Shown here piece after piece: positions 36,264 to 46,410 of a DNA stretch of 64,000 nucleotides. The translations under genes were made by a program, and so were the position numbers. Under the pieces are notes generated by a model. It was not told the DNA's origin. It made no database searches and was given only the letters and a program-made list of their open reading frames with translations. Source of the DNA: Candidatus Falkowbacteria bacterium (GTDB lineage Bacteria; Patescibacteriota; Patescibacteriia; CAIXNZ01); the NCBI GenBank assembly GCA_963774955.1, contig CAVZGV010000004.1, forward strand, positions 195,522 through 259,521, written 5' to 3'. Within the stretch, counting starts at the first letter, position 1. Every line of letters begins with the position of its first letter.

Positions 36264-36800
36264 ATGAAAAAAATAGAAAGCAGGGGATTGGTAGTAATGA
36301 TTTTTGTTTTAATCATCATTGTAAGTGTCGGAATACAATGTGATAATCAAGTCCCGAAAAACCTAAGGGTTTATAAGGCGACAGTGAATTATAATTTGTC
36401 TCCTGATGAAATGCTTATAGCAAGCAATTATCAATGGTGTGCCGGCGATCTTAAAAAGGATCAATTAACCGGTAAGGGCGTTCAGGAGATTGAACTTTTT
36501 GTAGTCCCCATCGAAAAAGAATTTTTGTCGGGGGAAGTTGTTCAGTACTTAAATAGTTTAGGGCTTAAATCTGCAAATTTTGCGCAACTACTCGCATTAG
36601 CAGCAATCGATCCTGATATTGAAAAAGATGGAGCGATTGTAGCAATGGGATCTCAATGGTGGGATTACGACAAAGACCGTGTTTGTCCTGTATTACGTAA
36701 CGATAATGGTAAACGCGGTATTGCGATCCAACGGATGAGATATTTAAATTTGCTGGATGTTACTTGGGATACACAATACCGTTTTTTAGCCTATAAATAG
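36264..36800 (+). CDS. Hypothetical secreted/lipoprotein-like protein, family A (paralog of 31726-32163 with an N-terminal signal/anchor)
   Basis: Shine-Dalgarno 'ggcaggagg' before the ATG at 36264. 'MKKIESRGLVVMIFVLIIIVSVGIQC'. The rest aligns with the 31726 protein. Confidence 0.5.
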   Translation: MKKIESRGLVVMIFVLIIIVSVGIQCDNQVPKNLRVYKATVNYNLSPDEMLIASNYQWCAGDLKKDQLTGKGVQEIELFVVPIEKEFLSGEVVQYLNSLGLKSANFAQLLALAAIDPDIEKDGAIVAMGSQWWDYDKDRVCPVLRNDNGKRGIAIQRMRYLNLLDVTWDTQYRFLAYK

Positions 36801-36941
36801 GAATAACAAGAAGCGAGACGCGATGCGTTTCGCTTTTTAAAATTTAAAAATATCAGCATGCATTGACAAAGGACAAAGTTTAAGTTAAAATAGATAATCA
36901 AGGTTCTTTTTACTCCAAACGCTAGCCAAGGAGGCTTGATC

Positions 36942-38087
36942 ATGAAAAGATTGATAATTATCGTAACAGCCATAATTCTGGGAGGGATGCCAATGATAGC
37001 TAAGGCTCATTCTGTCGGTGTTAAGGTTTTGGACCTGAACAATGGCCAGAGGATCATTGTCTGGTATCCAGGCATCAGGTTGGCTAGACAGGAACCGTTT
37101 TCCCATTTTGGCAGGGCCAGAAGCTTAAATGCTTATCTTGACGCCCCAATCGATTTTTTTGGAGCGCCTTACCCGCTGATTGTCCGGTCTCATGGCTTGG
37201 GCATGGGTGCGCTGGACGCTGTTAACTGGTCTGTCAAAGTCGCGGCTGAAGGCTTCGTGGTTGTGGCTTTTGACCACAGCGATGCTCTGGCCTGTAAACT
37301 GGACGGGTCAAGTGATTTAGATTGGATTGCGGCCAGCAAGGCCATGATTCAGTATCATGATGACTTTGATATGGCGGTTCAGACCGCCTTTAGTCAAAGT
37401 CTGACTTATCTGGACAATTCGGTTTATCGTACTCGGGAATTTTCCGCTGTCTTGGATGGAGTCTTGGTTCATCCGTTTTTTCAGGGTTTAATTGATCCTG
37501 ATAAGATCGGCGCGGCTGGTCATTCTTTTGGCGGAGCTACAGTCCTGGCTTTAGGTCATCAGGCTGAAATGGATTGTACTGATCCGGCTAGCTATTCGCC
37601 GCAAATTTGCGGCACTAACCCAAGTACGGGGTTTTCAGGTAGCTTTTTAGCCAGTCAGTGCTGCCGGCCGGCTTATCAGGGCAAAAAGAGCAGCTTCTAT
37701 GACCCGCGAGTTAAAGCTGTTATGGCAGTCGGTCCTGGCACATTTCTTTTCTGGCCGCTGGAAGTCAATATTCCGGTCATGCTGATTAGCGGCGATCATT
37801 TCGAGGTTGATCAGCAGAACATGACCAAGCCGTTTGAAACATTTTCGCAGGTTTATTGGTTGGTGGTAAAGAACACCGACCACATGAACTGGGTATCCTG
37901 GATTTACAATAATATTCCCGGAGCGCCAATGTTTTTTAAAGGCTACAGAGCTTACTGGCTTAAGCAGGCGATTTTTCAGGAATATTCACTGGCTTTTTTC
38001 CAGGCTCACCTTAATGGCGATTTTACCCAGCTGAACAGGCTGAAAAATATTCATTGTTCCCGCATCAACTTCAGATATAAACCTTAA
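36942..38087 (+). CDS. Secreted alpha/beta-hydrolase (esterase/lipase-like)
   Basis: Signal peptide 'MKRLIIIVTAIILGGMPMIAKAHS'. 'GHSFGGA' nucleophile elbow (GxSxG). Shine-Dalgarno 'aaggagg'. Confidence 0.6.
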   Translation: MKRLIIIVTAIILGGMPMIAKAHSVGVKVLDLNNGQRIIVWYPGIRLARQEPFSHFGRARSLNAYLDAPIDFFGAPYPLIVRSHGLGMGALDAVNWSVKVAAEGFVVVAFDHSDALACKLDGSSDLDWIAASKAMIQYHDDFDMAVQTAFSQSLTYLDNSVYRTREFSAVLDGVLVHPFFQGLIDPDKIGAAGHSFGGATVLALGHQAEMDCTDPASYSPQICGTNPSTGFSGSFLASQCCRPAYQGKKSSFYDPRVKAVMAVGPGTFLFWPLEVNIPVMLISGDHFEVDQQNMTKPFETFSQVYWLVVKNTDHMNWVSWIYNNIPGAPMFFKGYRAYWLKQAIFQEYSLAFFQAHLNGDFTQLNRLKNIHCSRINFRYKP

Positions 38088-38108
38088 GATTCAATTGTAA
38101 TCATAAAG

Positions 38109-38138
38109 GGCGATTCCGCAACGCGGCTCGCCCTTTTA
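38109..38138 (+). terminator. Intrinsic terminator GGGCGA-ttCCGCAACGCGGc-TCGCCC-TTTT (copy 1)
   Basis: Perfect 6-bp stem plus a T-tract 3' of the hydrolase gene. The 24-nt core is identical to the copy at about 38563. Confidence 0.55.
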
Positions 38139-38285
38139 TAATTTGACAGAATTATGAAAATTTTATATTTTAATATTAACAACTTCTATACGTTCAAATA
38201 AAATATGGGCCAGCTGCGGTTATTTGTAGGCTTAAAGTTCTTAAAGAAAGTATTCAAAAATTTTTAAGCAAAAAAGGAGTAGAAA

Positions 38286-38507
38286 ATGAGTAGGACTGGT
38301 TATAAAGCTCAATATCGTCAGCATCTCCATCAAGATCCAAAACACAGGCGCTTTTTGGCTAAAGATTCAGAAGCAAATAGGAGAAATTTATTAGGGGCTG
38401 AACTGCTTGAATATAAAAAATTTGTAAATGCAGCCTTGGAAACTTTTTTTATGGAATGCCGCCGGCTTGTAATGAAACTAAAGAAAGACCCGAATAAGGA
38501 GGACTAG
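38286..38507 (+). CDS. Hypothetical small basic protein (73 aa)
   Basis: Shine-Dalgarno 'aaaaaggag'. No recognizable domain. Confidence 0.3.
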   Translation: MSRTGYKAQYRQHLHQDPKHRRFLAKDSEANRRNLLGAELLEYKKFVNAALETFFMECRRLVMKLKKDPNKED

Positions 38508-38562
38508 CTGAAAAAATATGCTCTGGCCGAAACAATATTTTTCAGCCACTTGAAACCCAAAA

Positions 38563-38590
38563 GGCGAGACCGCAACGCGGCTCGCCCTTT
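38563..38590. terminator. Intrinsic terminator GGCGAGACCGCAACGCGGCTCGCC-TTTT (copy 2, bidirectional position)
   Basis: Same core as the 38109 copy. Lies between the convergent 38286-38507 gene and yebC. Confidence 0.55.
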
Positions 38591-38616
38591 TATAATTCGT
38601 TTAAAATTAGTGTTAA

Positions 38617-39348
38617 TTAGTTTTCCCCTAAATTCGTCCAATAATCATCCACATCCTCATTTTCATCCAGAGCTTCAAAAAAATTACTTAATTTCTGTCC
38701 GGTTTCATCATTAACTTTTACTTGTTCCTTGGCCACATATTCCATGGCAGCATCTTCCAGGTTAAAACCCAGATCTTCCAGCCCTTTTTTGACTTTTTGT
38801 AAATCAGGAATTCCGCAAGATACAGTAACGCCTTCTTCACTTTTTTTAATATCTTGAGCGCCTAAGTCAATTAACTGCAATTCAAGTTCGTCCCAGTTTT
38901 TTTTAGATAATTGTTCGTTGCTGAGGCGAATGACGCCTTTATTTTCAAATTGCCAGGCTACAGCTCCGGGTCCACCCAGGGAACCGCCATATTTGGAAAA
39001 TAAATGCTTTAACTCTGAAGAACTACGGTTTTTATTATCGGTTAAACATTTAACTATCACGGCAACGCCGCCAGGGCCAAAACCTTCATAAACCATTTCT
39101 TCAATAGTTGCGCCCTCAAGTTCTCCGGTACCGCGTTTAATTGCGCGGTCAATGTTTTCTCTGGGCATATTGGCGGCTTTGGCTTTGTCCATGGCTAAAC
39201 GCAAAGAAAAATTAGTAACGGGATCACCGCCCCTTTCTTTGGCTGACACAGTAATTAATTTGGCCAGTTTGGTAAATAAAATCGCGCGCTTAGCATCTGT
39301 AGCGCCCTTAGCTCTTTTGGTTGTGGCCCACTTTGAGTGTCCGCTCAT
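38617..39348 (-). CDS. yebC: YebC/PmpR-family transcriptional regulator
   Basis: 'MSGHSKWATTKRAKGATDAKRAILFTKL...' over the full length. 243 aa. Confidence 0.85.
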   Translation of the reverse strand: MSGHSKWATTKRAKGATDAKRAILFTKLAKLITVSAKERGGDPVTNFSLRLAMDKAKAANMPRENIDRAIKRGTGELEGATIEEMVYEGFGPGGVAVIVKCLTDNKNRSSSELKHLFSKYGGSLGGPGAVAWQFENKGVIRLSNEQLSKKNWDELELQLIDLGAQDIKKSEEGVTVSCGIPDLQKVKKGLEDLGFNLEDAAMEYVAKEQVKVNDETGQKLSNFFEALDENEDVDDYWTNLGEN

Positions 39349-39597
39349 ACATTAAGTCTAAAGTATAAAGTCTAAAGTCTAAAGTTTGGAGTTTTTAATA
39401 TATTTTTTCCTTAACTTAGCCTTTCGGATAATAGAATCTTACCAAAATCATTCATTAAAATCAAGAAGAATTGAAACAATTTGATAAATTAGCCGATTTT
39501 ATCCCCAAAAAACTATTGCTATTTATGAATAAGCTGTTATACTGGTAACAAATAGAATTTAAATCAGTTTTTATCCAGACTCAGTTATTTTATTGCC

Positions 39598-40260
39598 ATG
39601 CCTAATAAAATGACGGTCGGGAATCGAATTATGTACCAGGTTTTTTTTGTCTGTTTTTCTTGGTTTTTATTATTGCTGGCGGCTTTTTATCTAGGACTAT
39701 ATTCCATAGCTTATTATTTGGGAATTATTATTGTCGTTTTTACGACATTTTTTTTACTCTTTATTTTGCAGGAATTTTTTCGGGTAGTTATTAGGGGCAA
39801 TGCTCCATATGTGACTAGCTCAAAGAAATTTATTAGGAAAATTATTGATTCCGTGGATTTTAAAGAAGGCGCCCTGGTTTACGAACTAGGTTGTGGAGAT
39901 GCCAGGTTTTTAAGGGAATTGGTTAAAAAACACAATGTACAGGCAATCGGTTATGAGTATTTTTTGGTTCCATATCTAATTGCAAGATTCTTTAATTTTT
40001 TCAGCCGCAATAAGGTTAAAATATATTTTAAGGACATTAGCAAGGTGGATTTATCAGAGGCAGATTACATCTATTGTTATTTGATGGTCAAACAAATGGA
40101 TGTTTTGGAGAAAAAACTGCAGCAAGAATTAAAACCCGGCGCTTTGGTTATCTCCAATACATTCGTGTTTAAGACTTGGCAGCCGGAAAAGGTCATTGTT
40201 TTAGACGAAAATAAAAATTATAAACTCAGCAATAAGATTTATCTTTACCGCAAAGTTTAA
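39598..40260 (+). CDS. Membrane-anchored class I SAM-dependent methyltransferase
   Basis: Two N-terminal transmembrane helices. Motif I 'VYELGCGDARF'. Confidence 0.55.
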   Translation: MPNKMTVGNRIMYQVFFVCFSWFLLLLAAFYLGLYSIAYYLGIIIVVFTTFFLLFILQEFFRVVIRGNAPYVTSSKKFIRKIIDSVDFKEGALVYELGCGDARFLRELVKKHNVQAIGYEYFLVPYLIARFFNFFSRNKVKIYFKDISKVDLSEADYIYCYLMVKQMDVLEKKLQQELKPGALVISNTFVFKTWQPEKVIVLDENKNYKLSNKIYLYRKV

Positions 40261-40307
40261 ATCTTGATTAAATACCAAAAATTAAGTTTTCTTGCTATAA
40301 TTAGACC

Positions 40308-41927
40308 ATGAAGTGGCGTAATATTGCAATTAAACTCCAAGAACTGATTGCCCGCAATCAGTTTGTTTTATATCTGGCTGTTTTTGGGCTGGCTTTTTTT
40401 TGTTATCTCTGGATTCAATCCACCCCCTCAATGATTGACCCGGATTCTTTTTATCATTTAAAAATGGTTAAATTAACTGCCCAGCAGGGGCCGGTGCTGG
40501 ATTTCCCCTGGCTGCAGTTTACGGTTTTAAAAGATTACTATACTGACCATCATTTTCTATATCATGTAGCGGCTATTCCCTTTATTGAAATTATGGGTGA
40601 TTTTTTGGGCTTCAAATATTACACTGCTTTTTTAGCGGCTTTTTTTATCATTCTGGTCTATTGGTTTTTTAAACGTCAGCAGATAAAATGGGCAGAATTT
40701 TTTATTTTAGCTCTGCTTTTTGCCCCGGCTTTTATGTTTCGTGTTTCTTTAACTAAAGCCACGGCTTTTTCCCTAATATTATTGTTTTTTAGTATTTATA
40801 ATGTTTTTCAGAAAAAATATTGGCCTTTATTTCTGATTTCATTTATATATGTTTGGTCGTATGGCGGCTATTTTTTAATTTTAGGTATGGCTTTGATTTA
40901 TGTTGCGGCGGAGACTATTTATTTGGTACTGCAAAATGAATTTGAAGATAGAAAGAAAACATGGCCGCGACTCAAAACCATGGCAAAAAATACAGTTATT
41001 TATTTTTTTAGCCCGGCACATTTAAAATTAATCGGCGTAGTTATTATTGGTCTGGCAGCCGGCATTGTCATTAATCCCTACTTTCCCAAAAATTTATATT
41101 TTATCTGGCAACAATTAGTTCAAATCGGCTTGATTAATTATCAGGGCCTGGTTAATGTCGGCGGGGAATGGTATCCATATCAGGCCTGGAATTTAATCGC
41201 TGATATTAATTTGGTTGCCTTGATCGCAGTTAGTGCTTATGTTGCTTTTATCGTTAGTTTTAAAAAACAACAGCCAAAATCATACTTTTTTTTATTGACC
41301 AGTGTTTTGTTTTTAATCTTGACTTTGAAATCTAAGCGTTATGTCGAATATTTAGTGCCCAACCTGGTTTTTTTTGCAGCTTTTAGCTTTAACTATGCAG
41401 TTCAAAATCATCAGCTGAAAGCCGCCTATTTAAGATGTAAAAATGTTGCTTATTCAATGAAATATTTGCTGGCGATACTCTTGGTTTATCTCAGTATCCT
41501 GGTAGTTTCTGTCTGTGTCAGAAATGTCCTGGCTACGAAACAATCGTTTAGCGGGGGCATAGGTTTTCAAAATTTTGCAGGCATATCTCAATATTTAAAA
41601 ACAAATGCCCAGCCCGGACAAATTATCATGCATACTGATTGGGATGATTTCCCCATGCTTTTTTACCATAATGATAAAAATTATTATATTGTCGGTTTGG
41701 ACCCGACCTTTATGTATAATTATAATAAGGACCAGTATAATCTTTACGCTGATATTACTACGGCTAAAAAAAAGGATAATCTGTATCAAGCCGTTAAGGA
41801 TACTTTTAGAGCCAGTTATTTTATAGTCAATAAAGACAGGGGGCAATTGAAAAAAAACTTGGAAAATGACGGCGGATTTGTTATGGTTTATGAAGACAAG
41901 GATGCCTGGCTCTACCGGTTGAAATAG
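40308..41927 (+). CDS. Polytopic membrane protein (possible GT-C-type glycosyltransferase)
   Basis: At least 12 predicted helices, with a C-terminal soluble segment. Confidence 0.35.
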   Translation: MKWRNIAIKLQELIARNQFVLYLAVFGLAFFCYLWIQSTPSMIDPDSFYHLKMVKLTAQQGPVLDFPWLQFTVLKDYYTDHHFLYHVAAIPFIEIMGDFLGFKYYTAFLAAFFIILVYWFFKRQQIKWAEFFILALLFAPAFMFRVSLTKATAFSLILLFFSIYNVFQKKYWPLFLISFIYVWSYGGYFLILGMALIYVAAETIYLVLQNEFEDRKKTWPRLKTMAKNTVIYFFSPAHLKLIGVVIIGLAAGIVINPYFPKNLYFIWQQLVQIGLINYQGLVNVGGEWYPYQAWNLIADINLVALIAVSAYVAFIVSFKKQQPKSYFFLLTSVLFLILTLKSKRYVEYLVPNLVFFAAFSFNYAVQNHQLKAAYLRCKNVAYSMKYLLAILLVYLSILVVSVCVRNVLATKQSFSGGIGFQNFAGISQYLKTNAQPGQIIMHTDWDDFPMLFYHNDKNYYIVGLDPTFMYNYNKDQYNLYADITTAKKKDNLYQAVKDTFRASYFIVNKDRGQLKKNLENDGGFVMVYEDKDAWLYRLK

Positions 41928-41963
41928 GGAAAAATAACGAGTATTTACACTAGTCAACAAATT

Positions 41964-42686
41964 ATGAAAATTTTAATTGTGCTACCTGCCTATAACGAAG
42001 CCAAAATATTAGAGGCTAATGTCACTAAGCTTTTGTTATTTGTCAGGGCCAATTTAAGCAACCAGGAATTTAAGCTTATAATTTCCGATAATAATTCTAC
42101 TGATGATACCCAAACAGTCGCAGAGAGCTTAAAAGTAAAATTTCCTGAAGTTGATTATATTTTTGTCCCCGAACAGGGTAAAGGCAACGCCATAATGGTT
42201 CCTTGGCAAAAACTGCAAAATGACTATAATCTTTATATTTTTATGGATGCTGACTTGGCTACAGACTTGCAGTCTTTGCCGGATTTAATTTCTGGGCTTA
42301 ATAATGGATATGATCTGGTGCTGGGCTCCAGATATTTGAAGGCTTCCCAGGTCAAAAGAACTATTTGGCGGCGGATGTTTTCCCTTGGCTATCGCTGTTT
42401 ATTGAAATTAGTTTTAGGCACAAAAGTGCGTGATTTACCCTGCGGTTTTAAGGCTGTTACCCCAAGGGTCGTGAAAGAAATTATACCAAAAATAAGGAAC
42501 CATACCTGGTTTTTTGATTCTGAAATGGTATTTTTAGCTGAAAAAGACGGCCTGAAAATAAAAGAGATTCCTGTTAAGTGGCAGGAACCCCGGGGTAATG
42601 AAGATAAAAGCCGGGTTAATATGCTTAAAGTTACTAGTCTATATTTTAAAGAGGTTTGGCGACTCAGAAAACAATGCAAAAAATAA
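41964..42686 (+). CDS. GT2 family glycosyltransferase (polyprenol-phosphate sugar synthase, Dpm1/GtrB-like)
   Basis: 'ILIVLPAYNEA', 'ISDNNSTDDT', 'FMDADLATD' (DxD). Confidence 0.75.
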   Translation: MKILIVLPAYNEAKILEANVTKLLLFVRANLSNQEFKLIISDNNSTDDTQTVAESLKVKFPEVDYIFVPEQGKGNAIMVPWQKLQNDYNLYIFMDADLATDLQSLPDLISGLNNGYDLVLGSRYLKASQVKRTIWRRMFSLGYRCLLKLVLGTKVRDLPCGFKAVTPRVVKEIIPKIRNHTWFFDSEMVFLAEKDGLKIKEIPVKWQEPRGNEDKSRVNMLKVTSLYFKEVWRLRKQCKK

Positions 42687-44302
42687 TTAATTTTATTTGT
42701 GCTCATAGCAGCTGGTCACTGTTGGTGATCCTATTTATAGCCCTTATCTTTAGGGTTATTTTAATTGATAAAATACCCGGGGGTTTGCAGGGTGATGAAA
42801 GCCTGATTCTATATAATGCCTGGTCAATTGCTGAAACCGGTGCTGATATTTTTAATGACAGCTTGCCAGTACATTTAAGGGGTTATGGCTGGGGAGAAAA
42901 TTCCTTTTTAGTTTACTTGCTGGTGCCGCTGATTAAATTATTTGGTCCCTTTCAGGTCTCAATTTTTCGGTTAGTAGTTGTTTTATTCCATTTACTGCTA
43001 ATATTATTTTCATTTTTTTTGGCCAGGGAATTATTTGATGAAAAAGTCGGCCTGTTAACGGCTTTATTTTTAACTTTTTCACCCTGGGATTTAGCCTTAT
43101 CCCGGATATTATTCAATGTTTCTCTTTTGCCTTGTTTTTATATTGCCGGACTGTATTTTTTAATTGTTGGTCTAAAAAGAAAACGGGTTGTTTATTTCAT
43201 GATCTCTGGTTTTATCTTAAGTTTAACTTTTTATATTTATGCTTTATCATATTTTTGGGTGCCCATTCTAGTGTTGATAACAGCAATTTCATTTTGGCCA
43301 AAAATAAAGGCCTTAAAATACTGGCATTTTCTAGGGTTTACACTGACGGTCTTGATCATTGGCTTGCCTATCATTTTATTTTATATAAAAAATCAATTCG
43401 GTTTATTGCTGAACCTGGATAAATTCTTGTTTTTTTCTCTGCCCAAATTAACCTCGACCCGTTTTAATAATATTTCAATTTTAAATGAAATTGATATTTT
43501 AATGCCACTAAGCTTGGCCAAAAATTATTTGGCCCATTTTAATCCGGTTTTTTTATTTTTTAATGCGACTTTGCCCAGCTTTGTAAAACACTTCGGATTA
43601 ATTCAGCTTTATGAACTGCCGTTTTTGGTTATCGGCTTGGTCTTAATTTTCATTAATTCACGGTCAGCCAACTATAAGTTTCTTATTTTATGGCTTTTGG
43701 CGGCGTCGTTACCAGTGGCTTTGACCATTGAAAATCTGCCCCATCCCTTACGTTTTGTGAGCGCCTTGCCGATTTTTGAAATCATTGCCAGCCTGGGAAT
43801 TATTTATTTTTTTACCAAGTTTATAACCAACAGAAGAAAAATACTCATGACTTATATTGTTTCAATTGCCATTATTGTTACTGTGGGCTCATATTTTTTT
43901 AATTACTATGTTATTTATCCGCAGACTTCATTCAGGGAACAGCAAGCAGGCAGCCAAGAACTGACTGAGTTTATTCAGGAAAATTATAACCAATATACCA
44001 ATATTTATATTGTAAATCGCGGTTGGTTATATCTGTACTTTCCTTATAATTATTTGTATTTTGCCCGGATTCAGCCGCAAAGGATTCAAGCCCTAAAATT
44101 TGAGCAATTGAAAACAAATTTTGTGCTTGATAAGATAAATTTTGTAGATAAATTGCCAGTGTCTGCGGCTGAAAACGAGCTGACTCAAGATTTGTATTTA
44201 CTGCCAATCGGAGAGGCCTTTGACGGTTTTATTAAGAGTAAACAGCTGCTTAAAGAATTTAAAGATTTAAATAACCAGACCTACTTTGTTGCGCTTAAAT
44301 AA
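42674..44302 (+). CDS. GT-C fold glycosyltransferase (ArnT/PMT-like, GT39/GT83 family)
   Basis: 'GLQGDESLILYNAWSIAETGAD' (DE motif in the first periplasmic loop) and a multi-pass topology. The ATG at 42674 is preferred over the TTG at 42656. Confidence 0.6.
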   Translation: MQKIINFICAHSSWSLLVILFIALIFRVILIDKIPGGLQGDESLILYNAWSIAETGADIFNDSLPVHLRGYGWGENSFLVYLLVPLIKLFGPFQVSIFRLVVVLFHLLLILFSFFLARELFDEKVGLLTALFLTFSPWDLALSRILFNVSLLPCFYIAGLYFLIVGLKRKRVVYFMISGFILSLTFYIYALSYFWVPILVLITAISFWPKIKALKYWHFLGFTLTVLIIGLPIILFYIKNQFGLLLNLDKFLFFSLPKLTSTRFNNISILNEIDILMPLSLAKNYLAHFNPVFLFFNATLPSFVKHFGLIQLYELPFLVIGLVLIFINSRSANYKFLILWLLAASLPVALTIENLPHPLRFVSALPIFEIIASLGIIYFFTKFITNRRKILMTYIVSIAIIVTVGSYFFNYYVIYPQTSFREQQAGSQELTEFIQENYNQYTNIYIVNRGWLYLYFPYNYLYFARIQPQRIQALKFEQLKTNFVLDKINFVDKLPVSAAENELTQDLYLLPIGEAFDGFIKSKQLLKEFKDLNNQTYFVALK

Positions 44303-44356
44303 AAAAACACCTCTATCGAAGCGGGGCAGGCTTAAATAATCATTATTAATATGATT

Positions 44357-46249
44357 TTAAAAGTTTAATGCACCGATTGTTTCATAACGGTCAAATTCCC
44401 AGGTAATACTGCCAATGCCATTAAGTCCGGGCATGCCGTCAAAGCTGATAATTTCAGCTTTTTTTATTGGCCCCAGATCAAAAAAGTTTAGCTGGATGAT
44501 TTGTCCCGGTTGCCAATTGTGCGTCGGATAAAAACCATAGCCCAGCGGAAAGATTTGGTCATTAATTTTTATAAAATAATTTTGCTCTAGAGGAGTTAAA
44601 GCTTTAAAAAACAATGATAGCTGGGTTGCAGTTTGAGCAGAACCCATGAAGGCTAATTTGGCCTGAAGAATTTGGTTTTGCGGGCTAGATATTTGCGGTA
44701 ATTCCTGATCATTATAGACAATATAAAGCTGAGTGGTAGATGGTGTCTCGGATTTTTGCCATAAAGCCAGGTTGCGCGATACTTTTGTAAGTTTAAAATT
44801 CTTTTCCTCAAGCAGGCTCTTTAATCTGTCTGGAATTTTGTAATAATAGTCTGGATATTTTTGGGCAAATTGCAGCTGAAAGGTTATATAGTCGCTAAAA
44901 TCAATTAAAAGATATTGAGTCTCGTCAGGAATAATATAATCTCCGGCATTAAATTGCTGCCTGCCGGTAACCGCATAATTTAAGGGATAAATATATTGCC
45001 GCGAAGACAGATTTGTTACTAAATCATAAGAAGTTACCAGAGATGCTGATTGCGGTATTTGGGCTACAAACTCCTGTTTAATGGAGGTATTGGCATAATT
45101 AAAATGGATAACGGTCTTGGCCAGGCAGGGCAGGGGACCGAGAATAATAAAATTATAAAGCAAGCCGCCGATAAAAATCAGAGGCAGGACCCCGCCATAT
45201 TCGCGATTAATAAAGGAAATCTTGGAATTTTTGCTCATGGCTTTTAGTGAGAAAATAGTGGCAAGACTAAAAATTATCAGATAAATCGCGCCATAGTGCC
45301 CTTTAATCGTGGCTCCGGTGGCAAAAGACGCCAGCATTAATTGCAGCAGATTACCCAGGCAGAGAAGCAGGTATTTTGGCCGCCAAACCGGAATAAATAA
45401 AAAGACCAGAAAGAAACCCAAAATTAATTCAAGATTTTGAACCGTAACAACATGAGTAAATACCAGAGGAAATTTAGCAAAGAAATTTATAAAAATTTCT
45501 CCCGGAGTTTTGCCCAGCCAATAATAATAAGTCAAAAATTTATAAGAAGACATTGAAGAGACCAGGGCGGCTAATTTCATAATAATTAAAAAGTATGAAG
45601 CGGCCAGCAAAGAGGGTGTCAGAATCCATTTAAGTTTTTTTCTATCCAGGAGGGCAACCAGGCCAAATAAGAAAATCACAAAGGCCACGTCCTCACGCAC
45701 TAACAAACTGAGTCCGCACCAGGCCAGAAAAGGCCAGAATTTATTCTGATCATAAAAATAAAAAGTCCAGGCTATAAAAAAAGGAGCAAAGGCTAGAATA
45801 TGAAATTCATATAGGGCAATATTGAAGGTCAGCGGGTTAAATAAAAAAAGCAGAATAACCAATAGTCCCAATTGAGGCGTTAAGTGCTTTTTGGCCAGCA
45901 GGTATAGGGGAATGGCAGTAAAGCCTAATATGCAGGCTTGAATAAAAAGCAGATTAAGAGGCGAGCGCCAGATAGTATAAATTGGGACTAGAAAAAAGAT
46001 GATTAATTCAAAATGGTCACCTAAATATGAGGTCGGATGAATGGAAAATTCAAATAAACGGCCGAATGAGGAATTATAAAAGACTTGGTTGAAAATGGCT
46101 AAATCCAGGCCATTATAAAGGAAATTAAAGTATTTGTATAGACAGATTCCAAAAATAATAAAAATATAGATAAAAATTAAGCCAAAAGTAATTTTGGCTA
46201 ATTTTGGCCAATCAAGCTTTTTAAACCATTTAAATTCAGGAGTTTTCAT
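44357..46249 (-). CDS. Large polytopic membrane protein (DUF2079-like / putative GT-C-like)
   Basis: 630 aa, multi-pass, with a C-terminal soluble domain. Confidence 0.35.
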   Translation of the reverse strand: MKTPEFKWFKKLDWPKLAKITFGLIFIYIFIIFGICLYKYFNFLYNGLDLAIFNQVFYNSSFGRLFEFSIHPTSYLGDHFELIIFFLVPIYTIWRSPLNLLFIQACILGFTAIPLYLLAKKHLTPQLGLLVILLFLFNPLTFNIALYEFHILAFAPFFIAWTFYFYDQNKFWPFLAWCGLSLLVREDVAFVIFLFGLVALLDRKKLKWILTPSLLAASYFLIIMKLAALVSSMSSYKFLTYYYWLGKTPGEIFINFFAKFPLVFTHVVTVQNLELILGFFLVFLFIPVWRPKYLLLCLGNLLQLMLASFATGATIKGHYGAIYLIIFSLATIFSLKAMSKNSKISFINREYGGVLPLIFIGGLLYNFIILGPLPCLAKTVIHFNYANTSIKQEFVAQIPQSASLVTSYDLVTNLSSRQYIYPLNYAVTGRQQFNAGDYIIPDETQYLLIDFSDYITFQLQFAQKYPDYYYKIPDRLKSLLEEKNFKLTKVSRNLALWQKSETPSTTQLYIVYNDQELPQISSPQNQILQAKLAFMGSAQTATQLSLFFKALTPLEQNYFIKINDQIFPLGYGFYPTHNWQPGQIIQLNFFDLGPIKKAEIISFDGMPGLNGIGSITWEFDRYETIGALNF

Positions 46250-46292
46250 ATCTATATTTTAGCTTAAATTTAGTAAAATATAAAGGCGGGTA

Positions 46293-46321
46293 TTGACAAA
46301 TGACTATTAATATGCTATACT
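46293..46321 (+). promoter_or_regulatory. Consensus sigma70-type promoter TTGACA-17-TATACT upstream of the G+C-rich lipoprotein gene
   Basis: TTGACA at about 46293 and TATACT at about 46316. The 'ATATGCTATACTG' -10 context matches the island promoter at 31600. Confidence 0.45.
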
Positions 46322-46410
46322 GTAGAGATTGAAGAAATTCGGAAATTGTCTTTAGTTATACCAATAACAAGTTGCAAACAAACTGCCCTCAGGGCAGAGG
46401 AGGAAAAATC

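Noticed and set aside
31400-38600. Calling the G+C-rich regions a prophage, an integrative element or an IS
   Set aside because: No integrase, transposase, terminase, capsid or tRNA attachment-site signature was found. Only the composition, the repeats and hicA suggest a mobile origin. They are reported as islands and not annotated as mobile_element.
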